Source: Candidatus Magasanikiibacteriota bacterium
Lineage (GTDB): Bacteria; Patescibacteriota; Patescibacteriia; Magasanikbacterales; UBA922
NCBI GenBank assembly: GCA_021648085.1
Contig: JAKITS010000001.1
Coordinates: 196,948 to 260,947 of the forward strand
DNA: 64,000 nucleotides
Direction: 5' to 3'
Shown here: piece by piece, positions 47,797 through 58,629 of the stretch
Layout of the letters: every line of letters starts with the position of its first letter
Position numbering within the stretch: position 1 is the first letter of the stretch
Notes under the pieces: generated by a model
The model's database searches: none
What the model was told of the DNA's origin: nothing
The model's input: only the letters and a program-made list of their open reading frames with translations
Position numbers and translations under genes: made by a program

Positions 47797-48552
47797 ATGG
47801 ACAACAAACAAGGAAATGGCTCTATTTTTGAATCACTTTCTCCGGGAAAGGTTTTTGCATCTGGGCTTGTAATTGGAATATTAGTTTTGTGTACGATTGG
47901 TTTTTTTATTTTGCTTGGAGTTTATGTAAACGGAGATAATGCAAAAGTAGATGTTAATAATAACAGAAATCAACAAGTAGGCACAGAAGATGTTGGTAAT
48001 AAGAAAATTGCAATTCGTAGTGTTACAAAAAAAGATCATATTCGTGGAGATAAAAATGCAAAAGTGACAATCGTAGAATATTCAGATTTAGAATGTCCGT
48101 TTTGTAAGAGATTTCATAATACAATGTTAGAGGTAATGGACAAGTTTGATGGCGATGTAAAATGGGTTTTTAGACATTTTCCATTGGATAGTTTGCACAG
48201 ACAAGCGCGTGCTGAAGCAAACGCATCAGAGTGTGCAGGAGAACAAGATAAATTTTGGGAATTTATTGATCTAATAAATGAGGTAACTCCTTCAAATGAT
48301 GGTTTGGATTTAGATAAACTTCCAGAATATGCACAGCAAGTCGGTGTGAAAAATATAAGCAAATTTACAGAATGCGTGGAAAGTGGAAAATACGACAACA
48401 AAGTAAACGATGACTTTTTGGATGGTCAAAAAGCTGGAATTCGAGGAACTCCTTATAGTGTGGCAATTGGACCAAACGGAGAAATGGTAGAAATTTCTGG
48501 AGCTCAACCATTTAGTTCACTAGAGCAAACTATAAATTCACTTTTGAAGTAA
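47797..48552 (+). CDS. DsbA family thiol-disulfide oxidoreductase
   Basis: TM anchor, EYSDLECPFC, FRHFPL, GTP. Confidence 0.9.
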   Translation: MDNKQGNGSIFESLSPGKVFASGLVIGILVLCTIGFFILLGVYVNGDNAKVDVNNNRNQQVGTEDVGNKKIAIRSVTKKDHIRGDKNAKVTIVEYSDLECPFCKRFHNTMLEVMDKFDGDVKWVFRHFPLDSLHRQARAEANASECAGEQDKFWEFIDLINEVTPSNDGLDLDKLPEYAQQVGVKNISKFTECVESGKYDNKVNDDFLDGQKAGIRGTPYSVAIGPNGEMVEISGAQPFSSLEQTINSLLK

Positions 48553-48570
48553 TAAACTTAAATAAAGTTT

Positions 48571-48600
48571 AAAAAAACCCGCTAATCTTAGCGGGTTTTT
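48571..48600. terminator. bidirectional intrinsic terminator
   Basis: AAAAAAACCCGCTAA-TC-TTAGCGGGTTTTT. Confidence 0.75.
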
Positions 48601-49127
48601 GCTTGTTTCAGATTTCTTTTTATGGTATCGTTATATTCATCTATAATAGTTTGAATTAGAAATCTGTTTGGGAAGTAAATTACATTTTGGTTTGGTGTTG
48701 GGATAATAAAAAGATATCCTTTTTGCACCGCCTCAATCAAACCTTCGGCTAAATATGAAAACCCTTCTGGCGATAAAAAAACCTCATCAAAGCAAATTAT
48801 GTTTGCATTATTTGCAATATCATTTTGCACTTTACTTGTCTCTTTATCCCATTCTTTAAATAGTTGTGTCCAGGTGATACCTGTCCACGCGATACAATGG
48901 TTTTGGAATGTTATATAAAGTAGAAAAGATATTGCGGTCATTGCTTTTGGACCTATTTTACCAAAAGCTAAGTTTAAAATATAGTATCTTTCTACAACAC
49001 CTAATTTTGCAAGTTTTTTTGGACTTGAATTGTGAATGTATATACTTTTTTGAGATGTAAGTCTGTAAAAACCTTCTCTCATCTTCCAAAAATCTTTGAA
49101 AATAAGACCTCCAGAATTAACACCCAT
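48588..49127 (-). CDS. hypothetical protein, possibly degenerate IstB/DnaC-like P-loop fold
   Basis: AAGGAGG SD; IICFDE Walker-B-like, no intact GxxGxGKT. Confidence 0.55.
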   Translation of the reverse strand: MGVNSGGLIFKDFWKMREGFYRLTSQKSIYIHNSSPKKLAKLGVVERYYILNLAFGKIGPKAMTAISFLLYITFQNHCIAWTGITWTQLFKEWDKETSKVQNDIANNANIICFDEVFLSPEGFSYLAEGLIEAVQKGYLFIIPTPNQNVIYFPNRFLIQTIIDEYNDTIKRNLKQAKTR

Positions 49128-49248
49128 AATAACCTCCTTTTATATTAAGTAAACTTTTAAAATAGAGTTTTGTCAAATTGTGTATAAGATATGCTAGATT
49201 TTATTTGTAATATGATATAATAAGATTGCGATAATATAAAATAAAAAC

Positions 49249-50793
49249 ATGCCAACACCGCAATTAAAATCACTACAAGCAAAACAAGCAAAACAAGAAG
49301 AACAGGAAGATATCTGTTTGTTCGCTGAAACCAATTTCCGAAATCAAATGCGGCGTTTTGGTATTAAACTAGACGACCGTCGTAGACATATGTATGTGAT
49401 TGGGAAAACTGGAATGGGAAAAACAACAATGATGGAAAATATGGTTTTGCATGATATTTATGCTGGACATGGAGTTGGTTTGGTAGATCCTCATGGGGAT
49501 TTTGCAGAAAAAATTATAGATTATATACCGACAAATCGTATAAATGATGTTGTATATTTCAACCCTTCAGACAGAGAAAATCCTATTGGATTTAATATTT
49601 TAGAGGTTAAAAATGAAGAGCAAAAACATCTTGTGGCTGCAGGACTTATGGCAGTTTTCAAAAAGATTTGGCCAGACGCTTGGAGCTCTAGAATGGAATA
49701 TATTTTGAACAATACTTTACTTACTTTACTAGACAATCAAGGCTCAACTCTTTTAGGTATAAATAGGTTGTTAGGGGACAAAACATTTAGAAGCGAAATG
49801 GTGGCAAACCTAAAGGATCCTGTTGTAAAAGCTTTTTGGGAAAAAGAGTTCGCTGGTTATAATGATAGGTATGCTGCAGAAGCTGTCGCCCCAATTCAAA
49901 ACAAAATCGGTCAATTTTTGAGCGCAACTGTTATTAGAAATATGGTTGCCCAAACAAAATCAACTATAAATATTAGAGAACTAATGGATAATAAGAAAAT
50001 TTTTATAATGAACTTGTCCAAAGGAAGAATAGGAGAGGATAATAGTAGGCTGTTAGGTGGAATGCTTATCACACAGATTCAACTTTCAGCTATGGAGCGT
50101 GTAAATATTCCAGAAGCAGATCGTCAAGACTTCTTTTTATATGTGGATGAGTTTCAAAACTTTGCAACTCCATCTTTTGCCAACATATTATCCGAGGCGC
50201 GTAAATATCGTCTAAGTTTGATTTTAGCTCATCAATATGTTGCTCAATTAGACGAAGTTGTAGCAGACGCTGTTTTTGGAAATGTTGGAACTGTGGTTAG
50301 TTTTAGGGTTGGTGCCGCAGATGCAGAATCTATGGAGAAAGAATTTTCTCCAACTTTTGTTATAGAAGATATTGTAAATCTTTCAAAGTTCCAAATATTT
50401 TTAAAATTAATGATAGATGGGGTGGCTTCTCAACCTTTTAGTGCGGCTACAATGTCACCAATCGGTTCTCCAACAGGAAGTTATGATAAAGTATTGAGAG
50501 TTTCAAGAGAAAGATATGGAACTCCTAGGTCTGATATAGAAGAAAAGATATTAAGGTGGAGTCAGCCATCCGAGGAAGAGTTGGCACAAATAGAAAGAAA
50601 GAAAAATAAACAACAAAAAAAACAACCACCAAAAAAGATTTATCCTCACACTCCAATTAAAAAACCTCAGCCAAATAATAAAAAACAAAATTATGATAAT
50701 AAACAAAATAAAGTAGAGGTTAAGCAGCCAGACAGGTCAAAAGAAGAGACCGTTTCACTTAAAAATTTAGTATTAAAAAATAAAGAAAAATAG
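49249..50793 (+). CDS. VirD4/TraG-HerA-like ATPase (CPR type)
   Basis: RHMYVIGKTGMGKT, DPHGD, LYVDEFQ, EARKY..AHQ. Confidence 0.88.
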   Translation: MPTPQLKSLQAKQAKQEEQEDICLFAETNFRNQMRRFGIKLDDRRRHMYVIGKTGMGKTTMMENMVLHDIYAGHGVGLVDPHGDFAEKIIDYIPTNRINDVVYFNPSDRENPIGFNILEVKNEEQKHLVAAGLMAVFKKIWPDAWSSRMEYILNNTLLTLLDNQGSTLLGINRLLGDKTFRSEMVANLKDPVVKAFWEKEFAGYNDRYAAEAVAPIQNKIGQFLSATVIRNMVAQTKSTINIRELMDNKKIFIMNLSKGRIGEDNSRLLGGMLITQIQLSAMERVNIPEADRQDFFLYVDEFQNFATPSFANILSEARKYRLSLILAHQYVAQLDEVVADAVFGNVGTVVSFRVGAADAESMEKEFSPTFVIEDIVNLSKFQIFLKLMIDGVASQPFSAATMSPIGSPTGSYDKVLRVSRERYGTPRSDIEEKILRWSQPSEEELAQIERKKNKQQKKQPPKKIYPHTPIKKPQPNNKKQNYDNKQNKVEVKQPDRSKEETVSLKNLVLKNKEK

Positions 50794-50796
50794 TGT

Positions 50797-53103
50797 ATGT
50801 CATTTTTAAAGAAAAAAGTAAGTAGTAAATACGATAAGTTATTTTCCAAAATAGGAATGATTATTTTTTTAATTGGAACTATTGGAATACCCCTTTTTTA
50901 TCTTCCATTTACATCAGATGTTCTTACACTTCCAAAACAGCTAATGCTTTATTTTTTAGTTTTGGTTTTGTTGTTGGTTTGGCTTACAAAAGTTATTCTC
51001 TCAAAAGAGTTGGTGGTAAAGCGTACAATTTTTGATATACCAATCGCGGTACTTTTCCTAATTACAATTGTTTCATCTCTTTTATCACTGTCATCTTCTA
51101 TTAGTTTTGCTGGTAAAACAGATATATTTTTATTAAATGCAAGCTCAATTATTGCTTTTATACTTTGGTTTTGGTTGTTTTTACAATTGGTTGATACCTC
51201 CAAAAAATGGAACACACTTATAAATACATTATTAGTCTCATTTTCAATATCTGCATTTTTATTTATACTTCTAGATTTGCCTGGTTTAGATATTTTACAC
51301 AAATATATAGCACAAAATACAGTTAGTCAAAAAAGTAGTTTGTTCGGTATTTTTTCAGGTTTGGGAGCTGTTTTATCGTTGGGGCTACTTTCTATAAAAA
51401 GAAAAACCTGGACATCCAAAATTTTACCTGCAATTACTTTTTTCTTAACTTTCATTGTACTTTTGAAAGTTGGTTTTGCTATTTCTTGGATTATTTTTGC
51501 AATTGGAGCTGGAATACTTTTGGTAGTGAGTACAAGTTTGCTAGCAGAAGTTGGTGTAGTTGGAATTTCATTTAATTTCTTTATATTCCTTATTGCATTA
51601 TTATTTGTATTTTTTGGCTCACCAAATTTGTTAAAAATGAATTTACCAGTAGAAGTCTCTCTTGGTGTACAGCCATCATTTCAAGTAACCGCAGACAGCT
51701 TCCTTTCTAGTGCAAAAATATTTTTATTTGGTTCTGGTCCTGGTACTTTTGTATATGGATTCTCAGAAAACAAACCTGTGGAATTCAATATGTCTAGTAT
51801 AGTTTGGTCTACTAGATTTCAATATCCATACAGCTCAGTGTTTTCGCTTTTGCTGGAGTTTGGAATATTTGGTTTTATTAGTTTCTTATTCATACTTTTA
51901 TTGGGTGTCGGTAGTGCACTTAGCGGTTGGCTCAAGACTAGACCTTCTGTTTGGAAAAAGAAAGGAGAAAAGGAAGATTCTGAGTTTTTGATAGAAGGGG
52001 ATAGTGAGGTTGTTAGAACAGAAGTTTTTGTATTGGTTGTCGTCTGGCTTGTATCTTCTATTGGTTTAGCTTTAGCATTTTACGGTATTGTTTTATGGTG
52101 GCTCTGGTGGTGGCTTTTAGGTGCTGTTGTTGTAAGTTTGTCAGCTGTCATACCGGGGCTTATAAAAGAAAAAAGAATTTCACTCCATGTTTCTCCTCAA
52201 TATTCTCTGGCATTATCATTTGGTTTTGTACTTTTGGTGACAGCACTTATGGTTTTTGGAGTGTTTAGTGCAAAGATTTATTTGGCAGAAATACACTTTA
52301 CAAAAGCTGTAAGATCTTCAAATATAGAAGATGTGGAGTTAAATTTACAAAAGGCAGTTCAGTATAGGTCAAATTATGCAGATTATTATGTGGCCATAGC
52401 TCGTGTAAACTTGCAAAAAGCAAGAACAGAATCTATAAAAGAGGAGTCAAATCCAGAGTTAATTTCTGCGTTTATAGCAAACGCAGTAAATAGTGCAAAA
52501 GCTGCCACAAGTCTTCAACCAAAAAATGTGGAAACCTGGGAGACTTTGGCTGTAATGTATATGAATGCAAGAAGTGTTGTGCCAGAAGCAAATGATTGGG
52601 CAAAAGATGCGGTTCAAAGAGCAGTAGAATTAGAACCTACAAACCCTGTTTTACAGTGGTATTTGGGAGATGTGTCCGTTTTTGGTGAAGATCTAGATAC
52701 TGCAGAGGAGGCTTACAAAAAAGCAATAGAATTGAAACCAGATTATTTGGTTGCCTATCTAAATTTGTCAGAACTGTTTGAAGCAAAAGAAGATTTAGAC
52801 TCAGCAATTTCTGTATATACGCCTGTTTTAAATCTTGTTCAAAATAATTCAGAAGTACTGTTTAGTTTGGGAAGAATGTTTTACAACAAAAATGAAGGAG
52901 AAGACGATAGACAAGCAGAGCTTTTGTGGATTAGGGCGGCAGAATTAACACCAAATTACTCCAACGCATTGTATAGTTTAGGTCTTTTATACGAAAGAAG
53001 GGGGGATCGTGCAAATGCCCTAAACTTCTTTAAGCAAGTACAAGAGATAAATCCGGGTAATACAGACATAGCAGATAAAGTCAGGGCAACACTGTCATTA
53101 TAA
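50797..53103 (+). CDS. polytopic membrane protein (O-antigen ligase-like) with C-terminal TPRs
   Basis: many TM segments, FGSGPGTF loop, TPR repeats. Confidence 0.75.
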   Translation: MSFLKKKVSSKYDKLFSKIGMIIFLIGTIGIPLFYLPFTSDVLTLPKQLMLYFLVLVLLLVWLTKVILSKELVVKRTIFDIPIAVLFLITIVSSLLSLSSSISFAGKTDIFLLNASSIIAFILWFWLFLQLVDTSKKWNTLINTLLVSFSISAFLFILLDLPGLDILHKYIAQNTVSQKSSLFGIFSGLGAVLSLGLLSIKRKTWTSKILPAITFFLTFIVLLKVGFAISWIIFAIGAGILLVVSTSLLAEVGVVGISFNFFIFLIALLFVFFGSPNLLKMNLPVEVSLGVQPSFQVTADSFLSSAKIFLFGSGPGTFVYGFSENKPVEFNMSSIVWSTRFQYPYSSVFSLLLEFGIFGFISFLFILLLGVGSALSGWLKTRPSVWKKKGEKEDSEFLIEGDSEVVRTEVFVLVVVWLVSSIGLALAFYGIVLWWLWWWLLGAVVVSLSAVIPGLIKEKRISLHVSPQYSLALSFGFVLLVTALMVFGVFSAKIYLAEIHFTKAVRSSNIEDVELNLQKAVQYRSNYADYYVAIARVNLQKARTESIKEESNPELISAFIANAVNSAKAATSLQPKNVETWETLAVMYMNARSVVPEANDWAKDAVQRAVELEPTNPVLQWYLGDVSVFGEDLDTAEEAYKKAIELKPDYLVAYLNLSELFEAKEDLDSAISVYTPVLNLVQNNSEVLFSLGRMFYNKNEGEDDRQAELLWIRAAELTPNYSNALYSLGLLYERRGDRANALNFFKQVQEINPGNTDIADKVRATLSL

Positions 53104-53132
53104 TAGAAGTTTAAAATAATAATTTAATATTT

Positions 53133-53462
53133 ATGCTTTTCTCAAAAAATTACAGACGACCATTTTGGCGAGGGTTTACGCATGCTATTGCTGTGGTATT
53201 TTATTGTCTTTTTGTTTCTACAATGTTGCTTTCTTTTGATAGCTTATTCAACGGTGAGATAGCTTCTGTAATACAGGTGACATTTGGACTCTTCTTATTT
53301 GTAGTGTCTGCTTCTGTTATCGCATATCTTATATTTTTTGAACCAATGAAAAAGACAATTCACAAAAGCTTCAAAGCTGCTAGCGTTATGCTAATGTCTA
53401 CATTTGGTTGGTTATTTGTATTTTTGAGTGTGTTTATTATAGGTTTGGTTTATACATTATAG
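53133..53462 (+). CDS. hypothetical membrane protein
   Basis: 3 TM, LFVVSA..YLIFFEP. Confidence 0.7.
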   Translation: MLFSKNYRRPFWRGFTHAIAVVFYCLFVSTMLLSFDSLFNGEIASVIQVTFGLFLFVVSASVIAYLIFFEPMKKTIHKSFKAASVMLMSTFGWLFVFLSVFIIGLVYTL

Positions 53463-53465
53463 TTT

Positions 53466-53825
53466 ATGAAAATTGTTAGATTATTACTGTCTTCACTTTT
53501 TCTAGTTTTATTTATAATTTTGTATAATTGGTTTTTTATTGGTTTTATTAGTTATGAATTTTCAGAAATTGCTTACAATATAATTTTGTGGGTACTTCTA
53601 ATACCTTTTTTGTTTGTAAATGGAAAATGGTATTTCAAACAAGACGAGCCAAATACAAAAAAGGGAATTTTATTGGGAGTAGTTTGGATTGCCTCACTTA
53701 TACTTTTAGAATTAATTTTAGGAAATGTTGTCTCTGGTCTGATTAGTTATATTATATTTTTTGAGATTTTACTTTTAGCTATTTTATTTGGTTTTGAGTT
53801 TGACTCTACATATTCTGCTCCTTGA
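53466..53825 (+). CDS. hypothetical membrane protein
   Basis: 4 TM hydrophobic ORF in operon. Confidence 0.65.
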   Translation: MKIVRLLLSSLFLVLFIILYNWFFIGFISYEFSEIAYNIILWVLLIPFLFVNGKWYFKQDEPNTKKGILLGVVWIASLILLELILGNVVSGLISYIIFFEILLLAILFGFEFDSTYSAP

Positions 53826-53858
53826 GTATTTCTTCTTTTTATGTTAGTTTAAACCATT

Positions 53859-54941
53859 ATGACAAAGAAGAAAGATAAAATATTAGTAGCAATGTCTGGA
53901 GGTGTGGACTCTGCCGTAACTGCATCTATTCTTGTGGGTCAAGGTTATGGCGTCACAGGCGTATATATGCGTCAGTGGAGCGATGAGGAAGAGGTAAAGG
54001 GGGTTTGCACTTGGAAAGAAGACAGAAGAGAAGCGATAAAAGTTGCTGCTTTTTTGGGTATTCCTTTTTTAACATTTAATTTTGAAAAGGAGTATAAAAA
54101 ATTTGTAGTGGATTATTTATTCAAAGAATATAAAAAAGGAAATACACCAAATCCAGATGTGCTTTGTAACAAATTTATAAAGTTTGGATTTTGGTTGGAT
54201 AAAGCCAAAGAATTAAAATTCGATTTTTTAGCAACAGGTCATTATGCTTCTATTTCAAATAAAAAAGGAGAATATTTTCTAGAAAAAGCAAAAGATAAAA
54301 ATAAAGATCAAACATATTTTTTGCATCAATTAAATCAAGATCAACTAAAACATACTCTTTTCCCACTTGGAAAATTGAATAAAAAACAGGTTAGGAAAAT
54401 TGCAGAAAAAAAAGAACTTCCAAATGCAAACAGAGAAGAGAGTATGGGAATTTGTTTTATCGGCGAAGTTTCAATTGGAGAATTTTTGGCACAAAAAATA
54501 AAACCAGAAAAAGGAAAAATAATTTTAAATGACGGTACACAAATTGGAGAACATAATGGTTTGCATAAATATACACTTGGTCAGCGTCAGCTTGGGGTAG
54601 ACATGAAAGCAAGAGGTAAAAAAAGTAAGGCAATGTATGTAATTGCAAAAAATCTACAAAAAAATGAGCTTGTGGTAGGAGAGAGAGAAGATCCACTTTT
54701 GTATAAAAAAGAAATAAAAGTAAAAAATATTTCTTGGATTAGTGGACATGAGTCAAAATTTCCATTAAACTGTGAAGTAAGGCTTCGTCACAGGCAAGTC
54801 TTACAAAAATGTACAATCAAAAAAGATAAAAATAATGGTTTGACAGTAAATTTTACAAAAAAACAATGGGCACTAAGCCCAGGACAATTTGCAGTTTTTT
54901 ATAAAAAGAACGTATGTTTAGGTGGGGGAGAGATTAACTAA
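53859..54941 (+). CDS. mnmA: tRNA 2-thiouridylase
   Basis: AMSGGVDS, TPNPDVLCN, ATGHY, KDQTYFL, SMGICF, PGQFAVFY. Confidence 0.97.
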   Translation: MTKKKDKILVAMSGGVDSAVTASILVGQGYGVTGVYMRQWSDEEEVKGVCTWKEDRREAIKVAAFLGIPFLTFNFEKEYKKFVVDYLFKEYKKGNTPNPDVLCNKFIKFGFWLDKAKELKFDFLATGHYASISNKKGEYFLEKAKDKNKDQTYFLHQLNQDQLKHTLFPLGKLNKKQVRKIAEKKELPNANREESMGICFIGEVSIGEFLAQKIKPEKGKIILNDGTQIGEHNGLHKYTLGQRQLGVDMKARGKKSKAMYVIAKNLQKNELVVGEREDPLLYKKEIKVKNISWISGHESKFPLNCEVRLRHRQVLQKCTIKKDKNNGLTVNFTKKQWALSPGQFAVFYKKNVCLGGGEIN

Positions 54942-54945
54942 AATT

Positions 54946-56889
54946 ATGAACACAAACGAACTTAGAGAAAAATATCTAGAATTTTTCAAAGGAAAAGGAC
55001 ATCAAAGAATTTCCTCTGCTTCGCTTTTACCAGAAAATGACCCCACAACATTATTCACAAGTTCTGGAATGCAACCAATGGTTCCATATTTACTTGGCGA
55101 AAAACACCCACTTGGTGTGAGAATTACAAATTCACAAAAATGTTTTCGCACACAAGATATAGAGGAGGTTGGTGATAATAGACATACTACTTTTTTTGAA
55201 ATGCTTGGAAATTGGTCGCTTGGTGATTATTTCAAGGAAGAGCAAATTTCTTGGTTTTTTGAGTTTATTACAAAGGTTGTAGGCTTAGATCCAGATAGAA
55301 TTTATGTGACAGTTTTTCAAGGAAAGGAAAATTTAAATATTCCAAGAGATGAAAAGTCCGCAAAAATTTGGCAAGAATTATTTGTGTCTGCTGGAGTAAG
55401 TTCAAAAATTGTTGGAGATCCGGAATTTGGAATGCAAAATGGAAGAATTTTTTATTATGATGAAAGTAAAAACTGGTGGAGTATGTGTGGAAAGCCAGAA
55501 AAAATGCCAGTAGGTCAACTTGGTGGACCAGACACGGAAGTGTTTTGGGATTTTGGAGAAGAATTAGGGTTGCATAAAAAATCTCATTGGGCAGGTGAAT
55601 CTTGCCATCCAAACTGTGACTGTGGTCGTTTTATGGAAATTGGAAACAATGTTTTTATGGAATATATAAAGACAAATCTTGGTTTTGAACTTTTACCACA
55701 AAAAAATGTTGATTTTGGTGGTGGACTAGAGCGAATAATGGCAGCAAAAAATAATGTGCCAGATGTGTTTCTTATAGATATCTTTGATAAAATGAGACAA
55801 ACTTTGGAAAGACTGAGTGGTAAAAATTATAGTTCAGCAGAGGTACAAGAATCTTTTCGTGTAATTATGGATCATTTGCGCGCTGCAACTTTTTTAATTT
55901 CAGATGGCGCATGTCCTTCGAACAAAGATCAGGGTTATTTTACACGCAGACTTGTTCGCCGTGCTGTTAGATTTGCGAACAAAATTGGAATTGAAGGTAA
56001 TTTTTGTGGAGAACTCGCAGATTCTGTAATAAATTATTATATAACTACATATCCAGAATTATCACAAAATAAAGATACAATATTAAGTGAGCTTTTAAAA
56101 GAAGAGGAAAAATTTAGAAAAACTTTGCAAACAGGTTTGAAAATTTTGAGAACTCAAATGCGTGTACAAGACCCAAAGTCAGGTCAAAAGTTAGATTTTG
56201 TTGATGTATCTGATGGATATGTACCAACAAAACTTGATGCTAAATTTTTATTTAATATGTATCAAACTTATGGATTTGATTTTGAGGCTTCAATTGAGGA
56301 AATCAAACAATTACCTAAAAGAAGCTTACTTCAAAATGAAATTGAAAACTTAAAAAATGGTTTCAACGAAGAATTAAAAAAACATCAAGAACTTTCCCGT
56401 AAAGGTGCAGAACAAAAATTTAAAGGAGGTATGGCAGACGACGGCGAGATGAGTATAAAATATCACACAGCGACACACTTACTTCACAGTGCGCTTAGAG
56501 AGGTGCTTGGTGACCGCGTAGAACAAAAAGGAAGTAATATAACTTCAGAAAGGCTTCGTTTTGATTTTTCTCATTCAGAAAAACTCACAGAAGAAGAAAT
56601 TCAAAAAGTAGAAAGATTCGTAAATAAAGCGATAGAGAGTAATCTACAAACGAGTTTTAAAGAGATGGTTGTAGAAGAAGCAAAATCTCAAGGTGCAATA
56701 GGACTTTTTGGAGATAGGTATGGAGACAAGGTAAAGGTTTATACAATTGGAGATGGGTCGCAAATAGCAAGCAAGGAAATTTGTGGTGGTCCACATGTAG
56801 AAAGCACAGGAGGTTTGGGTAAATTTAGAATTAAAAAACAAGAATCTGTAAGTGCAGGAGTCCGTAGAATAAAAGCTATACTTGAATAA
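54946..56889 (+). CDS. alaS: alanine--tRNA ligase (no C-Ala domain)
   Basis: HTTFFEMLGN, DFGGGLER, HTATHLLH, CGGPHV; ends GVRRIKAILE. Confidence 0.95.
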   Translation: MNTNELREKYLEFFKGKGHQRISSASLLPENDPTTLFTSSGMQPMVPYLLGEKHPLGVRITNSQKCFRTQDIEEVGDNRHTTFFEMLGNWSLGDYFKEEQISWFFEFITKVVGLDPDRIYVTVFQGKENLNIPRDEKSAKIWQELFVSAGVSSKIVGDPEFGMQNGRIFYYDESKNWWSMCGKPEKMPVGQLGGPDTEVFWDFGEELGLHKKSHWAGESCHPNCDCGRFMEIGNNVFMEYIKTNLGFELLPQKNVDFGGGLERIMAAKNNVPDVFLIDIFDKMRQTLERLSGKNYSSAEVQESFRVIMDHLRAATFLISDGACPSNKDQGYFTRRLVRRAVRFANKIGIEGNFCGELADSVINYYITTYPELSQNKDTILSELLKEEEKFRKTLQTGLKILRTQMRVQDPKSGQKLDFVDVSDGYVPTKLDAKFLFNMYQTYGFDFEASIEEIKQLPKRSLLQNEIENLKNGFNEELKKHQELSRKGAEQKFKGGMADDGEMSIKYHTATHLLHSALREVLGDRVEQKGSNITSERLRFDFSHSEKLTEEEIQKVERFVNKAIESNLQTSFKEMVVEEAKSQGAIGLFGDRYGDKVKVYTIGDGSQIASKEICGGPHVESTGGLGKFRIKKQESVSAGVRRIKAILE

Positions 56890-56894
56890 CTAAA

Positions 56895-57326
56895 ATGCAA
56901 ATAGAAATTATAAAAATTAAAATAAAACATAGCCTAAATTTTCTTTGGGGTCTGCGTTTGGAATTTTTTAGATATTTTGTGGTTGGAATAACAGCACTTT
57001 TATTGGATTTATCGCTACTTATTCTTATAAAAGATTTTTTAAATTTAGATTCTGTCAGAGCTGTAATGTTGGGGCAAATTCCAGTCTTTTTTTATGTATT
57101 TTTTCTAAATAAATATTGGTCTTTTGGTAGTAAAAAAATGGTATTAATTCGTTTGCAGTTTATAAAGTACTTGATTGTAGTAGGATTTAACTATATAATA
57201 GGTATCGCGACTATGATTATTTTTAATCATTTTTTGGAATTCGATGCAAAACTTGTTAGAATTGGTACTATTGCCCTTGGGGTTTCTTGGAATTTTTTCT
57301 TGTATAGGTACTGGATTTATAGTTAA
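56895..57326 (+). CDS. GtrA family membrane protein
   Basis: FFRYFVVG..FLNKYWSF..WNFFLYRYWIY. Confidence 0.85.
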   Translation: MQIEIIKIKIKHSLNFLWGLRLEFFRYFVVGITALLLDLSLLILIKDFLNLDSVRAVMLGQIPVFFYVFFLNKYWSFGSKKMVLIRLQFIKYLIVVGFNYIIGIATMIIFNHFLEFDAKLVRIGTIALGVSWNFFLYRYWIYS

Positions 57327-57394
57327 AAATGATATAATATTAAGATTATAAAAACTGCTAAAATAAGAAATAAATTAGAAATATAAAATTTGGC

Positions 57395-57423
57395 TTGACA
57401 TTTTTTTCACTTTGGTGTAAAAT
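57395..57423 (+). promoter_or_regulatory. sigma70 promoter of infA-alpha operon
   Basis: TTGACA-17-TAAAAT with TG extension. Confidence 0.7.
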
Positions 57424-57445
57424 GTTGCCAGTTAATTAAATACAC

Positions 57446-57661
57446 ATGTCGAACAAAGAAGTATTAGAAGTTAGGGGTACAATTGAAGAACTTTTGCCTG
57501 GTGCAAAGTTTAGGGTTAAACTTGAAAATGAGCACGAAATAATGGCACATTTATCAGGGAAAATGCGTATTCACAGAATACGTTTAGGTGTTGGTGATGA
57601 AGTAAAAATAGAAATGACACCTTACGATTTAAAAAAAGGAAGAATTACTTATAGATTTTAA
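57446..57661 (+). CDS. infA: translation initiation factor IF-1
   Basis: [24 protein letters not shown]. Confidence 0.97.
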   Translation: MSNKEVLEVRGTIEELLPGAKFRVKLENEHEIMAHLSGKMRIHRIRLGVGDEVKIEMTPYDLKKGRITYRF

Positions 57662-57669
57662 ATTTATTT

Positions 57670-57807
57670 ATGAAAGTTAAGTCATCTGTAAAAAAACGTT
57701 GTATCAACTGTAAGGTCACTCGTAGACGTGGCGTTGTTTATATTATTTGTGAAAATCCAAGACATAAACAAAGACAAGGTACAAAACAAAGAAAGAAATC
57801 AGCCTAA
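57670..57807 (+). CDS. rpmJ: 50S ribosomal protein L36 (not in ORF track)
   Basis: [37 protein letters not shown]+TKQRKKSA. Confidence 0.95.
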   Translation: MKVKSSVKKRCINCKVTRRRGVVYIICENPRHKQRQGTKQRKKSA

Positions 57808-57819
57808 TAAAAGTATTTT

Positions 57820-58206
57820 ATGAGAATATCTGGAGTATCAATACCAAAAGAAAAAAAAGTAGTAATAGCGCTTACTTATGTTTTTGGTATAGGCCAAACT
57901 AGTGCCAAAAATGTTTTAAAAAGTGCTGGAATTGATCCTGACACTTCTGTTAAAGATTTAACACAAGAGCAGGAAGACTCAATTCGTAGCATAGTAGAAA
58001 AAAGTTTAACAACAGAAGGTAATTTAAGAAGAATTGTTTCTTCAAATATAAAAAGATTAAGAGATATTAAATCTTATCGTGGATCTCGCCATGCAAAACG
58101 TTTGCCTGTGCGTGGACAGAGAACAAAAACAAATTCTCGCACAAGAAGAGGGAATGTTAGAAATCTTGCTACTAGCGGAAAGAAGCCAGGAGCACAAAAG
58201 ACTTAA
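57820..58206 (+). CDS. rpsM: 30S ribosomal protein S13
   Basis: [15 protein letters not shown]. Confidence 0.97.
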   Translation: MRISGVSIPKEKKVVIALTYVFGIGQTSAKNVLKSAGIDPDTSVKDLTQEQEDSIRSIVEKSLTTEGNLRRIVSSNIKRLRDIKSYRGSRHAKRLPVRGQRTKTNSRTRRGNVRNLATSGKKPGAQKT

Positions 58207-58222
58207 TTAATTTGACATATTT

Positions 58223-58615
58223 ATGGCAAAAGTAGCTAAAAAAGCAAAGAAAAAAAAGATTGTAAGGAATGTTCCAACAGGAAGAGTTTATATTCAGGCA
58301 ACATTTAACAATACTATTGTTTCAGTAACTGATCAAAATGGAAATGTTTTGGGTTGGGCTAGTGCAGGAATGGTTGGTTTTAAAGGACCAAAAAAAGCTA
58401 CTCCGTACGCAGCAAGCCAGGTAGTTAAAAAGGTGACAGAAGCTGTAAAGCAGTGCGGACTTAAAGAGGTTAGTATTTTTGTAAAAGGAATTGGCGGAGG
58501 AAGAGAGTCTGCAATACGCGCTTTCAACTCTAGCGGTATTCAAGTTTTGGCTATAAAGGATGTTACACCTATTCCACACAATGGTTGTAGACCTCGTAAA
58601 AGAAGAAGAGTTTAA
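58223..58615 (+). CDS. rpsK: 30S ribosomal protein S11
   Basis: [24 protein letters not shown]. Confidence 0.97.
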   Translation: MAKVAKKAKKKKIVRNVPTGRVYIQATFNNTIVSVTDQNGNVLGWASAGMVGFKGPKKATPYAASQVVKKVTEAVKQCGLKEVSIFVKGIGGGRESAIRAFNSSGIQVLAIKDVTPIPHNGCRPRKRRRV

Positions 58616-58629
58616 TTTAAAGTTTAGCT

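Noticed and set aside
49249-50793. Conjugative element
   Set aside because: No relaxase, VirB genes or integrase nearby; such ATPases are common chromosomal genes in CPR
54946-56889. Truncated alaS as a pseudogene
   Set aside because: Catalytic and editing domains are intact; loss of C-Ala is usual in reduced genomes
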